Assembly (NCBI GenBank): GCA_051362555.1
Contig: CM120643.1
Coordinates: 9,486,001-9,550,000 of the forward strand
Reading direction: 5' to 3'
Origin: Lingula anatina
Taxonomy: Eukaryota > Animalia > Brachiopoda
DNA: 64,000 nucleotides
The notes beneath the pieces are model-generated. The model was given only the letters and a program-made list of their open reading frames with translations. It had not been told where the DNA came from and did no database searches. Positions 13,578 to 25,849 of this stretch are shown piece by piece (the first letter of the stretch is position 1; each line of letters opens with the position of its first letter). The translations under genes and the position numbers were made by a program.

Positions 13578-13776
13578 GACCATTCCCATACCCTATCGAT
13601 CTATATTCGAGGGGTTTCTTGCTAAGTTGCTTTCAGCTTAAGCGGCTTAGATGTCTGTCACACCAGCTAAAGCTGCTAGGGGGTAATTAATTATCTTAAG
13701 CTGAAAGCAATTTAGTGAGAAACCCCTCGGAAGTGAATCAATCCTGTTAGATCGATCTAGGTATGGGAACCCAGTC
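13578..13776. mobile_element. Palindromic MITE (family of 5027-5238)
   Basis: ttcccataccctatcgatcta...tagatcgatctaggtatgggaac inverted arms. Confidence 0.75.
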
Positions 13777-15575
13777 ATAGTGTTTTGGGGTAGATAAATA
13801 TTTCATTCAATTCCATGGGTGATGAAATGAAAAATATCAAAAGTGCTTTAATTTTCTTTAACCAAAGCGTACCATAGTTAGTTTCTTAAAAAATAAAGAA
13901 CTGAGAGGGTGTTATAAAAGGGAATGGTGTGATTATCCAGCTCCGCCCCTTTAGGTCACTCTTGTCAGAGTTATCTTAGGGAATAGTACATTCAGAGTAC
14001 CAATAGCAGTATTTCAATGGCCTTTCAAAAAGGCATGCAACGATAGCTAATATGGTATCTTTGACCTTCCGTGCAGTCAAAGTTGTGGTTGATAGGTCTC
14101 AATACTCTACAACACGTAAATATGTGATGGCCTTGGAACATACGGTTATTGTTCATAAATTTCAAATATCAATATTTTTCTCTTTTTAACAGCAATCAAT
14201 ATTTAAATTCTTCACGAAATGATGCTTTCATATTTTGAACCAACTTGTTTCTCAAATCATTTTAGCAATGTCTTATGTGACATAATTATTGATTCAAAAA
14301 GCAGTTTTTGGAAAAATAATTTCTCATTTAACTTTGAATTTATTGAGAAACTGCCATGATATTTGTTTTTCAACAATGATGAGGGCAAAACCCTTTCAAG
14401 TGGTTTTCATATTATGTAAACGTTTACTCTTTTATTCTGTAAATATGGGTTTGATGTACATGTGTACATGGATTTGTGATATACTAGTTCATGATTGAGA
14501 GATGCATGTGTATAATTGGTATTTTTCATTGTGATGAATGTGACATGTCGGTACAGTGTCGATTATTGTGTTATTATAATCAATTTATAAGTTAAAGGGA
14601 TAATAACTCTTTTGTTTTGGCCAAAAAATGAATTTTCCTGGAGTAAACAACAATTTTTCCATACTTACCAATGATTAATAAATCCATTTTTACATTCAAA
14701 GTTAGTCCCTGGTTTTTTTCTAAAAAGTTTGTTTTTTTGTTATAATCTCTTAAGAGATTATAACAGAGTACAGTCACGTGGTCTAAAGTCAAGCTCAGAT
14801 AACAGTATGACAGCTATAACTGTCATTTTTGTGGTAAAACAGAATATATTATATTTCTTTGAGTTCTTCACTATGTTTTTATTGTGAAATATATATCTCA
14901 TACGAAGAGTTATTATCTCTAAGAAGTGTGCGTGTTGGCATAGCATTTAGGTAAGTCTCCTATTTTACAGTCATGAACTCCATGAAGCATTTCTCTATGT
15001 ATAAAGAGGACTCGATGTATTATCTGAATTGCTGTGAATGATGAAGAAGAGTTGTGTAGGCTTTTCTTTGAAAAGTAGCTTAAGTATTTACGTAGATGTA
15101 TTTGTAATGAGACAACTGCAATCCTAACAAAATAGGTAATTATCAGAAAGAGTTGCATAGTTATGGGAAATGAGCACACATGTTACAATAATTATTATAT
15201 TATAGACTCCATGATAGCCTTAACCACCACCCAAGATAATTGCTCAATGGTGCTACTTCTCTTCTGAGATGAAATCTTTAAATTGAAAACAAATTTTTAA
15301 ATCTTGTGTAACAGCATGTGGCATTGTGTTATTCAGTTCATAAATGATCTAAAGAGATTAATTTTAGATGTTATTAATTTCTGCATCAGCCCATTTCTTC
15401 ATTTTGAACCACCTTTCCTTTTTTTCTACAGGATTATACCCTTCATCATTCTGTCAACTGAAGACGAGAGGACAATATTTTATTTCAAAATTAATCTATT
15501 TATGTTAAGTTCTCAGACTTTTTCACAATTAACATGACTAAATGCGAAATCCATGAGTATCAGAGTGAGAATGCC

Positions 15576-18500
15576 TTTTTATGTACAGACACAGATGTGT
15601 CTGTACATATAGCCGTCATCTGCGTCTGTCGTCGCCGTCGCCGTCGTCGCCGTCGTTGCCGTCGTCGCCGTGCACTTTTACCGATAACACGATAAGTGGA
15701 AAACTGTTTTTTCTTTTTGTTTGAAACTTACAGAACTGATGAATATTCATAATACGCAGGTCAAGTTCGAAAATCAGCATGATCAGGTCACTTATATGGA
15801 ATTTATGCTGTTTTTTCACTTTTTTCAGCATATATGCAGCACCGATAACACGATAAGTGGAAAACCATTTTACCTTTTGGCTTGAAACTTACAGAACTGA
15901 TGAATATTCATAATACGGAGATCAAGTTCGAAAATCAGCGTGATTGGGTCATTTTTAGTGAATTTAGGCTATTTTTTCTCTTTTTTCAGCATATGTGCAG
16001 CACCGATAACACGATAAGTGGAAAACCATTTTACCTTTTGGCTTGAAACTTACAGAACTGATAAATATTCATAATACGCAGGTCAAGTTCGAAAATCAGC
16101 ACGATCGGGTCACTTATAGGGAATTTATGCTGTTTTTTCACTTTTTTCAGTATATATGCAACACTGATAACACAATATAAGAAAAACAGATTGGCCAATT
16201 GTCATTATACTCACAGGAGGGGCCAATCTTACTAAAACGCAGGTTGAGTTTGAAAATCAGCATAATCAGTTCATTATTTTAGAAGTTATGCTGTTTTTTC
16301 ACATTTCCTCACATTCAATTCTTAGGCATGTTAACAGTCTCATTATTGAACTAATAAGATACGTAAAAGTGTTTGTTTGACATTTCCTGCATCTTTACAA
16401 CATTGTTAGTTGATTTTTTAAAAATGATGGTAAACTTGTTATCATGTATTGTGTAATAAAGTGTCAAAAATGGAAATAAACTCATATCATTGCAGTTTGT
16501 CAGATGCATTCATCCACTATGTTCAGAATCTCAGAATGGAGGAAGTTGGACATTTAACACTGTTCTATTGATAGTTTTCCCATCTCATCAATTTTCTTCA
16601 TTGGTCATATAAAAATGGCAGTAAACTGTTTATTTTGTTTTATGTTAAAAAAGTGTTAAAAATGGAAATAAACCCATTTCAGAACAGTGCTGTCTTGTTT
16701 ACATTTTGGCATTTTCAATATGTGACTTTGAAGTTCCATGGGCCTGAAGACTTTTGCTTGTCACATTTTCTGAATAACCATGATACTAATATTTTATAAT
16801 TACAAATTGATGGTCATTATGCTGTAAAACATTATGTAATATTCCATCAAAATTTGAAGAAACCCCTATTTTGGGCACTGCTCCCATGATGACCATTTAA
16901 GGAAAATCATGTCACTTACTGTTCTCAAACTTACAGGAAAGAAACATGGGACTAAAATACAGCTTCAGTAGGCAATGCAGTCTGTTTGGTAAATTTTTCT
17001 GGCAATTAAACAGTTTTTTGTGAAAATTTAATTTTTCACATATTGGCATTTCCAAGGTGTGACTTAGAACCTCCACGGGCTTGAAGACCCATGCTAGTCA
17101 CATTTTGTGAAAATTCATGACACTTATATTTTATTATTAAAAATCGATGGTCATTATGCTGTTAAGCATTATGAAATGTTGCATCAAAATAGAAGAAAAC
17201 ACAATTTTTGGTGCTGCTGCCTTGATGACCATTATGGGAAACCTGTGTTACTTATGACTGTCAAACTTTCAAAAAAGAAACGCAGGACTAAAATGCAGCC
17301 TGAGGTAGAAAAGCAGTCTAATTGGCTTCTTTTTCTGGAAGTTATACATTTTAGTGTAATATTCATTATCTTTTTGGCATATTCATTGTGGGACTCGGAG
17401 CTCCCATGGACATGAAGCCAAATGGTAATCATATTTTCTACATGTCCATCCTATTTATATTCAATAAACAAAAATTGGTGATAATTATTCTCTAATTTAT
17501 TATGTAATGTTACATCAAAATTGACAACAATCTTTTTGCACTGCTACTGCAAACATTATGAAAAGAAAACTGTGCCACTTATTATAATTTTAAACTTACA
17601 AGTACGATTTTTAGGATTGGCCTTCAGCTCATGAGAAAACCAGCTCTATTGGATTATCATGTTTATTGTATTTATGCATTTTTTGTGAAATTTTCATTTT
17701 TCTCATTCTGGCACTTTCTAAGTATAAACTTGAACTCTGATGGGCCTGGAGCCTTATGCTTTTACTTTCGTCTGTGTGACCTGTTGTGCATAAGTTGATG
17801 TTGACTGTGCAGTTAAACATAATGTATTATTGCATCAGGATTGGTAGTCTCCTATTTTGGGCATTATGGTTTTGTGCTTTTCTTAAGGTGTGACTTATGG
17901 GCCTGAAGACCTTTGAGTGGGTCAGTCTGTAAATTACCCTTGGGTATCACTAGATTAATTTCAGAGTTATAAAGTCATTTGCTTTAATAGGCCATTAAAT
18001 GAGATTACGTAAAGCACACTTGTTGATATTTCCCTGTAAACTCCCAAAGGTAAAGCTCTCTGCTAGATTAATAATAAGGAAGGAGTGATAATTATGCAGG
18101 TAAATTTTGTTTAATATTGCAAATAAGTTTTAAATATATATATATATATATATATCAAACTGGAAGATTAAATAAAAGTTTGAATAGCATCTTCATTGGA
18201 ATTGTATTTACCTCAAGCTCTGCCAAGGAGGTTATATTTTCACCCCTGTTTGTCTGTCATCCACATAACACAAAAAAGTTATGGACCGATTTTGCAGAAA
18301 TTTTCAGGAACTGTTGGAAGTGGGCCAAAGAGGACAATGATTAATTTTTGGTGGTGGTCCGGATCAATAATCAATCAATTATCAATAATAATCAACAATT
18401 GCTGCCTTGGCAGAGGTCTGCACTCTCAAAGTGCTTTTCTAGTTTTGTTGTTTTCCTTTATAATTTTTTCTCAAACACTTGCATTTGTGACTTTTAACTC

Positions 18501-19002
18501 TCATCTGCCTGGGGCTCTGCACATTTTCTGTATTTCTACATAAGCAGTTGTATTGTTTTTTATGTCTTTAAACATTATGTAATATTATTTTATGCACTGT
18601 CATCATTTTTCAAATATTGAGACTTTCATAATGTGAATTTGAACTCTCATGGTCCTGAAACTGTAATCTTATTGAAGGGGTGGATTGAGACCATCTTCTG
18701 GGTCTTCCGGAAGACAGTCAGGTTATTAAGTTTATATTGACTGGTATCTATTTTTTTCTGTTGGAAGACCATCAAAATGGAGGATGGATCAACATAGATA
18801 CTTTGTAATACTGTCAGAAAATATCTCTGGGTATGCTCCTGTTATTGACCATGTTACCTGTTGTGCAAGATTAAAATTCAGTGTTGACTGACAGTGCTAT
18901 TATAAGCATTATTTATTATTGCATCAAAATTGACCAAATGACCTTTTTTGCATCTTTATTTTCTGTTTTTTGTCTGTACATTTGACAGCTTTGCTGCCTT
19001 GT
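15576..19002 (+). mobile_element. Helentron-associated interspersed element (HINE/DINE-1-like) with internal ~161-bp tandem repeats
   Basis: 5' end: T-run, then palindrome ATGTACAGACAC-AGAT-GTGTCTGTACAT, then a (CGTCGC)n microsatellite. ~161-bp units start near 15681, 15841, 16002 and 16162 and decay distally. 3' end: subterminal TGTCTGTACAT (18971), short hairpin GACAGCtttGCTGCC, T-run. A reverse-oriented 3' end occurs near 22668. Confidence 0.7.
18208..18445 (+). mobile_element. Small nested HINE-like element
   Basis: ctctgccaagg ... ccttggcagag subterminal inverted repeat, gtttgtctgtc microsatellite, 3' hairpin gcact-ctcaa-agtgc, ends ctagtt. Confidence 0.6.
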
Positions 19003-19747
19003 TTTTTTCTCTGTTTATTTTTAAATTTTATTTATTTATGCATTTATTTATTTGATTATTTGTTGTGATAAAACCTGGATCACAACAGATGAGTATAGAC
19101 AGCATGGAAGGGGCAGTTGGTTTAAAACTCTATACATTAAAATTTACTGATACACATTTTTGATCATCTATTGATTAAGTTCTTATGAATTCAATCTCTG
19201 TAATGACAAAAACACCCTATACCATAATCTGACTACTGTAATAACAGTTTTAAACAGAAGCATTTGCTTTGCCCAGGCCTGTTTAACATGATTCGGAATA
19301 TCCCAAACTAATTAATTTCACCCTTAATGAACTGTAACTTTACTAGTAATTTATGTTCAGGATTTTTTTTCTCGTAATCTTATTTCCACTGCTACTATTT
19401 CCTTCCAATTTTTAACGACACACCATGCCATGGTTACAGGCTACATAAAAGAAAACAGGATTTGAAAAGAAAAATGTGCAATAAAAAGTTTTTTTTTTCT
19501 TTTTCTCTCCCATGGTTGAACTCCTCTTCACATGGGGATAGGTCAAAGGTGAGTGCCCTGGGTATTCCACTCGGCTAGTATTGCAAGGTGCTACTTGGTG
19601 CCAGCTCAACATGTGCACTAGAGGTGAACCGGCCATGGACAAATTACGACCACCTAAATTAGCACATGCTAAGAACTTTAATTGGTTGTTTCATCATCTG
19701 TATGGACCTTTATCTCTCTCTCTTCCTGTGTGTGTGTGAGTGAATGG

Positions 19748-19751
<4 letters not shown>

Positions 19752-19809
<58 letters not shown>
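19752..19809. repeat. Compound (CT)n(CA)n microsatellite
   Basis: Direct reading. Confidence 0.95.
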
Positions 19810-19810
<1 letters not shown>

Positions 19811-19886
19811 TTATGAGAGAACAGTTTCATTTGCTCTGTATGTATCAATTTAGATTATAGTTTTTTCTTTTTATCAAGAGCTTATA

Positions 19887-20054
19887 CAGGGCCGGATTTA
19901 GGCCGTCTTCTGGGTCTTCCGGAAGACGGTCAGATTTTCACGTTTACATTGACGGGTATCTAATTTTTTCTGTTGGAAGACGGTCAGAATTGGAGGATGA
20001 ATCAACAAAGAAAATTTGGAAGACTGTCAGTAAATGGCTCTGGATCCACCCCTG
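19887..20054. mobile_element. ~170-bp MITE with CAGG termini and 5-bp TSD (hAT5-like)
   Basis: TTATA|CAGGGCCGGAT...ATCCACCCCTG|TTATA. Related copies at ~18676-18842, ~50203-50365 and 55133-55304. Confidence 0.75.
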
Positions 20055-22667
20055 TTATAAAATGACCCTAGTCATTTACTCCCTGATGATGGTGACTGAC
20101 AGTCACAGAAATATTGGAGGTAATACCTACATATTTTACAAGCTCTTGATAAAAAGAAAAACAATAATTTAAACACACAGTTTTGTTTTATTGGTATACA
20201 ACAAATAAAAAGAAAAATGCAATGAGATGAGCAGAAACGGGCATTATAATAATCAGAATGCAATATATGATAATCAAAAGCTTAGGGAAGATGAGGCATT
20301 TAGTCTATGCATATATTAGAGCCATTATTGAGCCAGTAGATATTGCATTTGATAAACCAGTGTTTGTCGGAATCTTGTTGATGAATAATATGTGCAAACT
20401 GCCTTATAACTTAATTATTTGCTGTCATGCTAATATGGGTGTTGCCCTTCATTGTGATCTACTTCTGGCATTGGGTTGTGAAAAGCATTATATTGAGCGG
20501 GTTATAGTGTGATAGATAATTTTAAATCATGTCGCGTGGAGCATGCCATAACCAAGGTCCTCAACCTGATTGGGTGTTGTGTAAAATTTTGATAATTAAT
20601 TAATCTTTATTTTCTAATAGGCAAATTTGCAGGGTAACCAACTTCAACATCTGTGTGTTTCCAACATTATATATTTTTCTTGAATTTGTCTTGTTCCCAA
20701 CAAAACTATAAAGATGTTTTCAGTCAGATCAATGGTTGCAGTTAATGGCATTTATCATAAGTGTAAACAATAGAATTACACCATGGTGCATATAGCAAAA
20801 TTTATAATATTGGTACAGTGTAGACACCTGTATTTCTGCATGGATTAGATTTAACTGCTATAGGTTGTCATACAAGTATTACAGCATCTTGGTCATTTTG
20901 TTAAATATTCAGCAAGTAGGACTTGGCTTTAAGACTGGGGCCCTAATTTCTCAAATGTGAGTTACTTTCTTTGCGCATTTTTTTTTTTTTTTTAATGATC
21001 CTAACATGCAATTATTCTGGGAGTGGGGTGTTTTTCCTCTCACTTCTTACTGTTTAGACCAATCAAAAATAACCAAGGTAAACAGCCATATTGAGTAAGG
21101 GGGCTCCATGCATTTAGATTTTTTACACCAGACTTATAGGCTGAAAATCTCTCAAAATGATGGGAAACAGAGAAGTGCACCTCACAACGTAAAATAGATA
21201 AATGGCAACCTTTCTCTTTGTAACAAATATGTATGTCATGTATTATGAACATTTTTATGACAGTTTTGATACTGCAATCTATATTCATTACAAGTTTAAT
21301 GTGTAAAGTATCTAATGTGCAAAAACATATTGCACAGGGAAAGAACAGGTGCTTGTATTTGATTAATTGATTAATCAGTATTTCCAATCTTTTTCAAAAT
21401 GCTCTGAATGTCATTGATGTTTGGAAATTGATTTGCTCTGATTATGTTGACCAATAATGCATGAGATATGAGTCCTAGTTACTAACAAAAATTTAATATA
21501 TGAAGTTAGAAAATATTTATATGAAGAAAAATCAGGATTTTTCTTATATTATTAATTTTGTATCGTCTTGGTACTGTATTAACAATGAGTTAAGAATATG
21601 ATGATGATGATTGTCAGAAAAATTATGATGATGAGAAAGGTGTTACAATTGATAGAGTAAAGAAGATCGAAAATTATGTTGACTTCTATTTAATTTTTTT
21701 TTTTTTTTACAGAGGGAAGACCCATTTTACATGAAATTTTTTTTTATAATAATAATAGCTGTATTCTTGATTAAGATCAATTTCACTGAACAATCTGACT
21801 GGGTAGTCTCAACTGGCAGTAAGTCACCAAACTAAACTGTTAAAATAAGGAATCCAAGTGACAATCAAAGCAGGCCAGTAGCCAGTAGTTTAGAGTTAGG
21901 GTGATGTCAGTGGATCAAAATCTAAGGCGGGACTCTCCTGTACAAAGCCATGAGAACCAGACCCTGTACCACTGGGGATTTTTTTTTTCTTATATGTGAT
22001 GATCAGGTAGTTTTTTTAGTCAACTGATGTCAATTAGAATGGTTCAAAAGCAGGCTCATATGACTTTACACATGGTGGCATATTCTAGGAATATAAATAT
22101 AATCATTTCCTCACTGGCCATGGTGCCATTACCTCAGATGGCAACCTGCAGAGTCCTCAATTGTCACAGATGGTTAGAAATCCAGGTGAGGTAAAAATTC
22201 AAACAGACCTCAAAACCGCAAAAGTTAACTGAAGCCTGTAATCGGATAACTATACTTGATTAGTGATGCATATGTTCATTTAAGTGAATGGAATGCTCAC
22301 AGTGGAGGAGAAAACCAGTATTCCTTCATCCACAAGTTGCAAGGCATTTATGGATGTAGACAAAAAGGGCTACAGGCCCATTAGACTTTTTGGTGTATAA
22401 GGACATTTTTCGCTAATCCTACTTACACTTTGGTACTCCAGAATATACTGGTCAAAAACAGGAAGTGACCATGCAGTTACTAAATAAATATAAACTTTAC
22501 TGGACCGGCTTCAATTTTATACTGGAATATAGCCTAATTTTGCTAACATTGCAGACAGATAAAATAACTCAAAATTGGACTTTTGGTTGATATTTTCATG
22601 AAAAAAAATGTTAACAGATTCCTGGTATTAAAGGCTTTGTTTAAATGAACATGGACTTACATTGCAA

Positions 22668-23100
22668 ACAAGGCAGCAAAGCTGTCAAAAGTACAGAAAA
22701 TAGCGATGACAGTACAGAAAATAATATGACGTACATAACGCTACACAGACTGCAACCGTTAATGTGGAAATTTAGAAAATTTTACTAGCATAAGGTCTTG
22801 GGTCCATTGATGTTACAACATGAAAATGTCTGGCAAAAATGAAAAATTCACAAAAAGATGCATAATTTCAAAAGAATGGTCCAATAAAGTTGCTACTTAA
22901 ACATGGCCTTTATTTTATAGTCATAAAAATCATACTTGTTAGTTATGGTGTTTACAGTCACAATGCACAAAATAGGAATTTTGTCAACACTTGTGTAATA
23001 TTACATTGTACATAATGCTTAACTGCATAATCACTACCAATTTCTAATTTTGTACTACAGGGTACAGTACTGCTAACATGGGCATTCAGAAAATGAACCT
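22668..23100 (-). mobile_element. Truncated, reverse-oriented copy of the 15576-19002 HINE family
   Basis: acaaggcagcaaagctgtcaaaagtacaga is the reverse complement of the 3' end at 18971-19002; right boundary approximate. Confidence 0.5.
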
Positions 23101-23620
23101 ACCACAGATGGTGAAAGCTCAGTGTACAGACGCATTTAAAAGGATAAAATGTAAATGGTAATTTTCAAAACTAATCATAGGTATTGTTAAGTGGCTAGCA
23201 ACGGTTGAAATGGACATTAACATAATGACATGCAATGGAAGGATTTAAGACAAATGTCCATTATGCAGGACGTAAAACAACCCATTATACACAGTTGAGT
23301 GAATCTCTTTCTTTTGAACTTATTTTTAAAACATTCATCAGTCAGAACTTAGGGTAAAAAGAACTTTTAATTAAATTTATTTAAGTTTGTCATCTAAAAA
23401 TGCAATAATTAAGGTAATCCATGGATGAAGCAGACTCCCGGTATTTTACAGTTTTTGAAGTAGCAAATTTTGGCTTCACTGTATACATGCAATTAAACAC
23501 ACTTTTCTATTTCTGTTTCTTTTCTGTTTAATATACTTTTCACTGGCCTTGGAATTATGAATACTGAAACTGTTCTCAAATTGTTCTCTTCAATTTTATC
23601 ATGTAAATAACTGTAATACT

Positions 23621-24862
23621 TTAATGATCAATGGGTAATACATCTTTATAAACTTCAAAATGATGATTTAAACCTTTCTGAACATGAATCTTGTACTTGG
23701 TTCCCAGAGCTCCAGATTCTGATGCAGTATTATAAAACACTCTACTAATTCTTGAATGAACCAGTGCCATAGAACACATTACACATGGCTCTCTTGTAAC
23801 ATACAAATCATAACCTGTGCATAAATATGGTGCAGTCTTTTCTTTATTTTCTGTGACCTTGTCTTTAGTTTCTGTGTCATTTTTATTGAGTGTAATAACC
23901 TTTTCTTGCCTTTTGGTTATTTCATCTTCAGATGTATAATGAATGTCTGTTTCATTTCTTATGTAATTATCAAGATGCAAAACGGGTTTCTTTTCTTCAT
24001 TTTGACTTCTCTTCTCTTTTGAACTCGTACTAATTATTGTGTCTTCTTCATCTGGTCCAGTCTTTTCCTTGTCTTCAGTTACCTTATTTTTAATCTCCTC
24101 AGTTGTTTTAGTCTCTTTTCCAAGTTTAATAGAAGATATTGCAAACAAGGCAGGGCTGCTGTCATATTTCCAAGCACCCCCACCTTGAGCCTTACCAACC
24201 AAGTCAATGCATACCATTACTGCATGCTGCAAAGGATGCTGGGATCTAATATCATGTGACTTTGCAATAATCTCATTGGTTGATGGATCAACAACAATGG
24301 CACCAACTTTTTCATTCCCCGTCTGCTCTCCCATTTCAGACATTTTCACAGCTTCTTTCATAAACTTTTGGATTAAGTCAACTTCTGAATGTGAAAACAA
24401 TTGGCCACTTAGAATTTTGGCTATTTTCTTGTCTTCATGAAAAGCTGTAGGCCAGTGTAACACTGCCATTTCATACTGTTTTCTTATCAGTGGCTGATAT
24501 TTGGGGACTTGAGTAATGCACGGTTCACCTAAGCTATCCACACTTATGTCTCTTGACTGACAAATTTCGGAAAGAGAGAAAATTTTTCCTCCAGAATCAC
24601 AGTAGTTATCGTCATAACAACAAAGAATAATCTGCAGCTTAGACCCCTCTGGTGTCTTTGCCTTTCTGACCCTTTTCAAATGTTGTAAAGAGGGCAATGG
24701 GAATTCTGATGTCAACTCCCTAATAAGTGTTGTGGTATCTTTTTTGTTTCTTATATCACAAACTAGCACTTTCTCCAACTGAATATCCTCATAATATTTG
24801 TCAGCTAACACAGCCGTTGGGTGCTTAGATGTTTTGCTCTTTCCATCATGGGACCTCTTCAT
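23621..24862 (-). CDS. ADAT3: tRNA-specific adenosine deaminase 3 (non-catalytic subunit of ADAT2/3), single coding exon, 413 aa
   Basis: [28 protein letters not shown] (Val in place of the catalytic Glu), [34 protein letters not shown]. An in-frame TAG lies upstream of the ATG. A probable 5'UTR intron has its acceptor near 24967. Confidence 0.95.
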   Translation of the reverse strand: MKRSHDGKSKTSKHPTAVLADKYYEDIQLEKVLVCDIRNKKDTTTLIRELTSEFPLPSLQHLKRVRKAKTPEGSKLQIILCCYDDNYCDSGGKIFSLSEICQSRDISVDSLGEPCITQVPKYQPLIRKQYEMAVLHWPTAFHEDKKIAKILSGQLFSHSEVDLIQKFMKEAVKMSEMGEQTGNEKVGAIVVDPSTNEIIAKSHDIRSQHPLQHAVMVCIDLVGKAQGGGAWKYDSSPALFAISSIKLGKETKTTEEIKNKVTEDKEKTGPDEEDTIISTSSKEKRSQNEEKKPVLHLDNYIRNETDIHYTSEDEITKRQEKVITLNKNDTETKDKVTENKEKTAPYLCTGYDLYVTREPCVMCSMALVHSRISRVFYNTASESGALGTKYKIHVQKGLNHHFEVYKDVLPIDH

Positions 24863-25849
24863 TGTGGAAGGTGAATGGCAGTCTACTGTGCCGGTAGTCT
24901 ACTGTCCACCACACTGGTTATGTTGAGCCCTTAACACTGTACCAGGTGTCCCACCTTCCAAAATACCTGGAATGCAACAAGCCAGGCAAGTTAGTGCAAC
25001 AAATAACCCAAATATTCATAAAAAGCAACTACAATGCAGACCTCTACATTGCACAACTCTGCAGTGTACAAAAGAACCAAAGTAAACTCTCCATGCATTG
25101 CACATTTGTGTAGATCTATTAACTCATAATTAATTTCTTTTTGTTTCAAGCTCAGAAATCATCTTTACTTTGTTATTATTATTATTATTATTATTTTAAA
25201 TAAATATATAAACTATAAACTTTGAAGAATGATAAATCTGAAACCATATGACTGTGTCAAAATGTGTGAAGTGCACACTTTTTAAATGCCCCTCCCCCTT
25301 TATATAACATCCAATGTCCACGATATGAACACCGTTTTCCTCCATCTAACGTACAGCAGATTAGACTCTAGAGGAGCTTTTCTTTCTGCATTTCGTGTTC
25401 AGCCAAATTGGTTATTGATAGTCAACATGTATGTTGTACTCACACTTACACCTAACAACAAAATATAAAGACAGCAACTTCGTCACATGTAGGATGATTA
25501 TGACAGTGTGTTTTCTTGTAAATACTTCTAAGCTCAGTTCACCCACGTTTGTCTGTTTACAGGACAAGCCATCTATCGTTAAAGCAGTCAAGATAATCAC
25601 AAGTTAAACCACAGCGGAGCTGGAATGTTTTGATGATAAAACTGTAAAACTGATCGTATTAGACTTTTCGAAAGATACTCATTTGGTTCGCTAAAATGAT
25701 CTGAGATGTATTTGATTTGTTACTTGTAAGCAAAAGGCATTTTCACACCAAAACCTAGAATGAAGGCTATCTTGATTCAACACCTTCTTTTGTAGATAGG
25801 ACAAACAAACTGCGAAAGAAAATGCATGGTTTCATCCTAACTTCACAAG

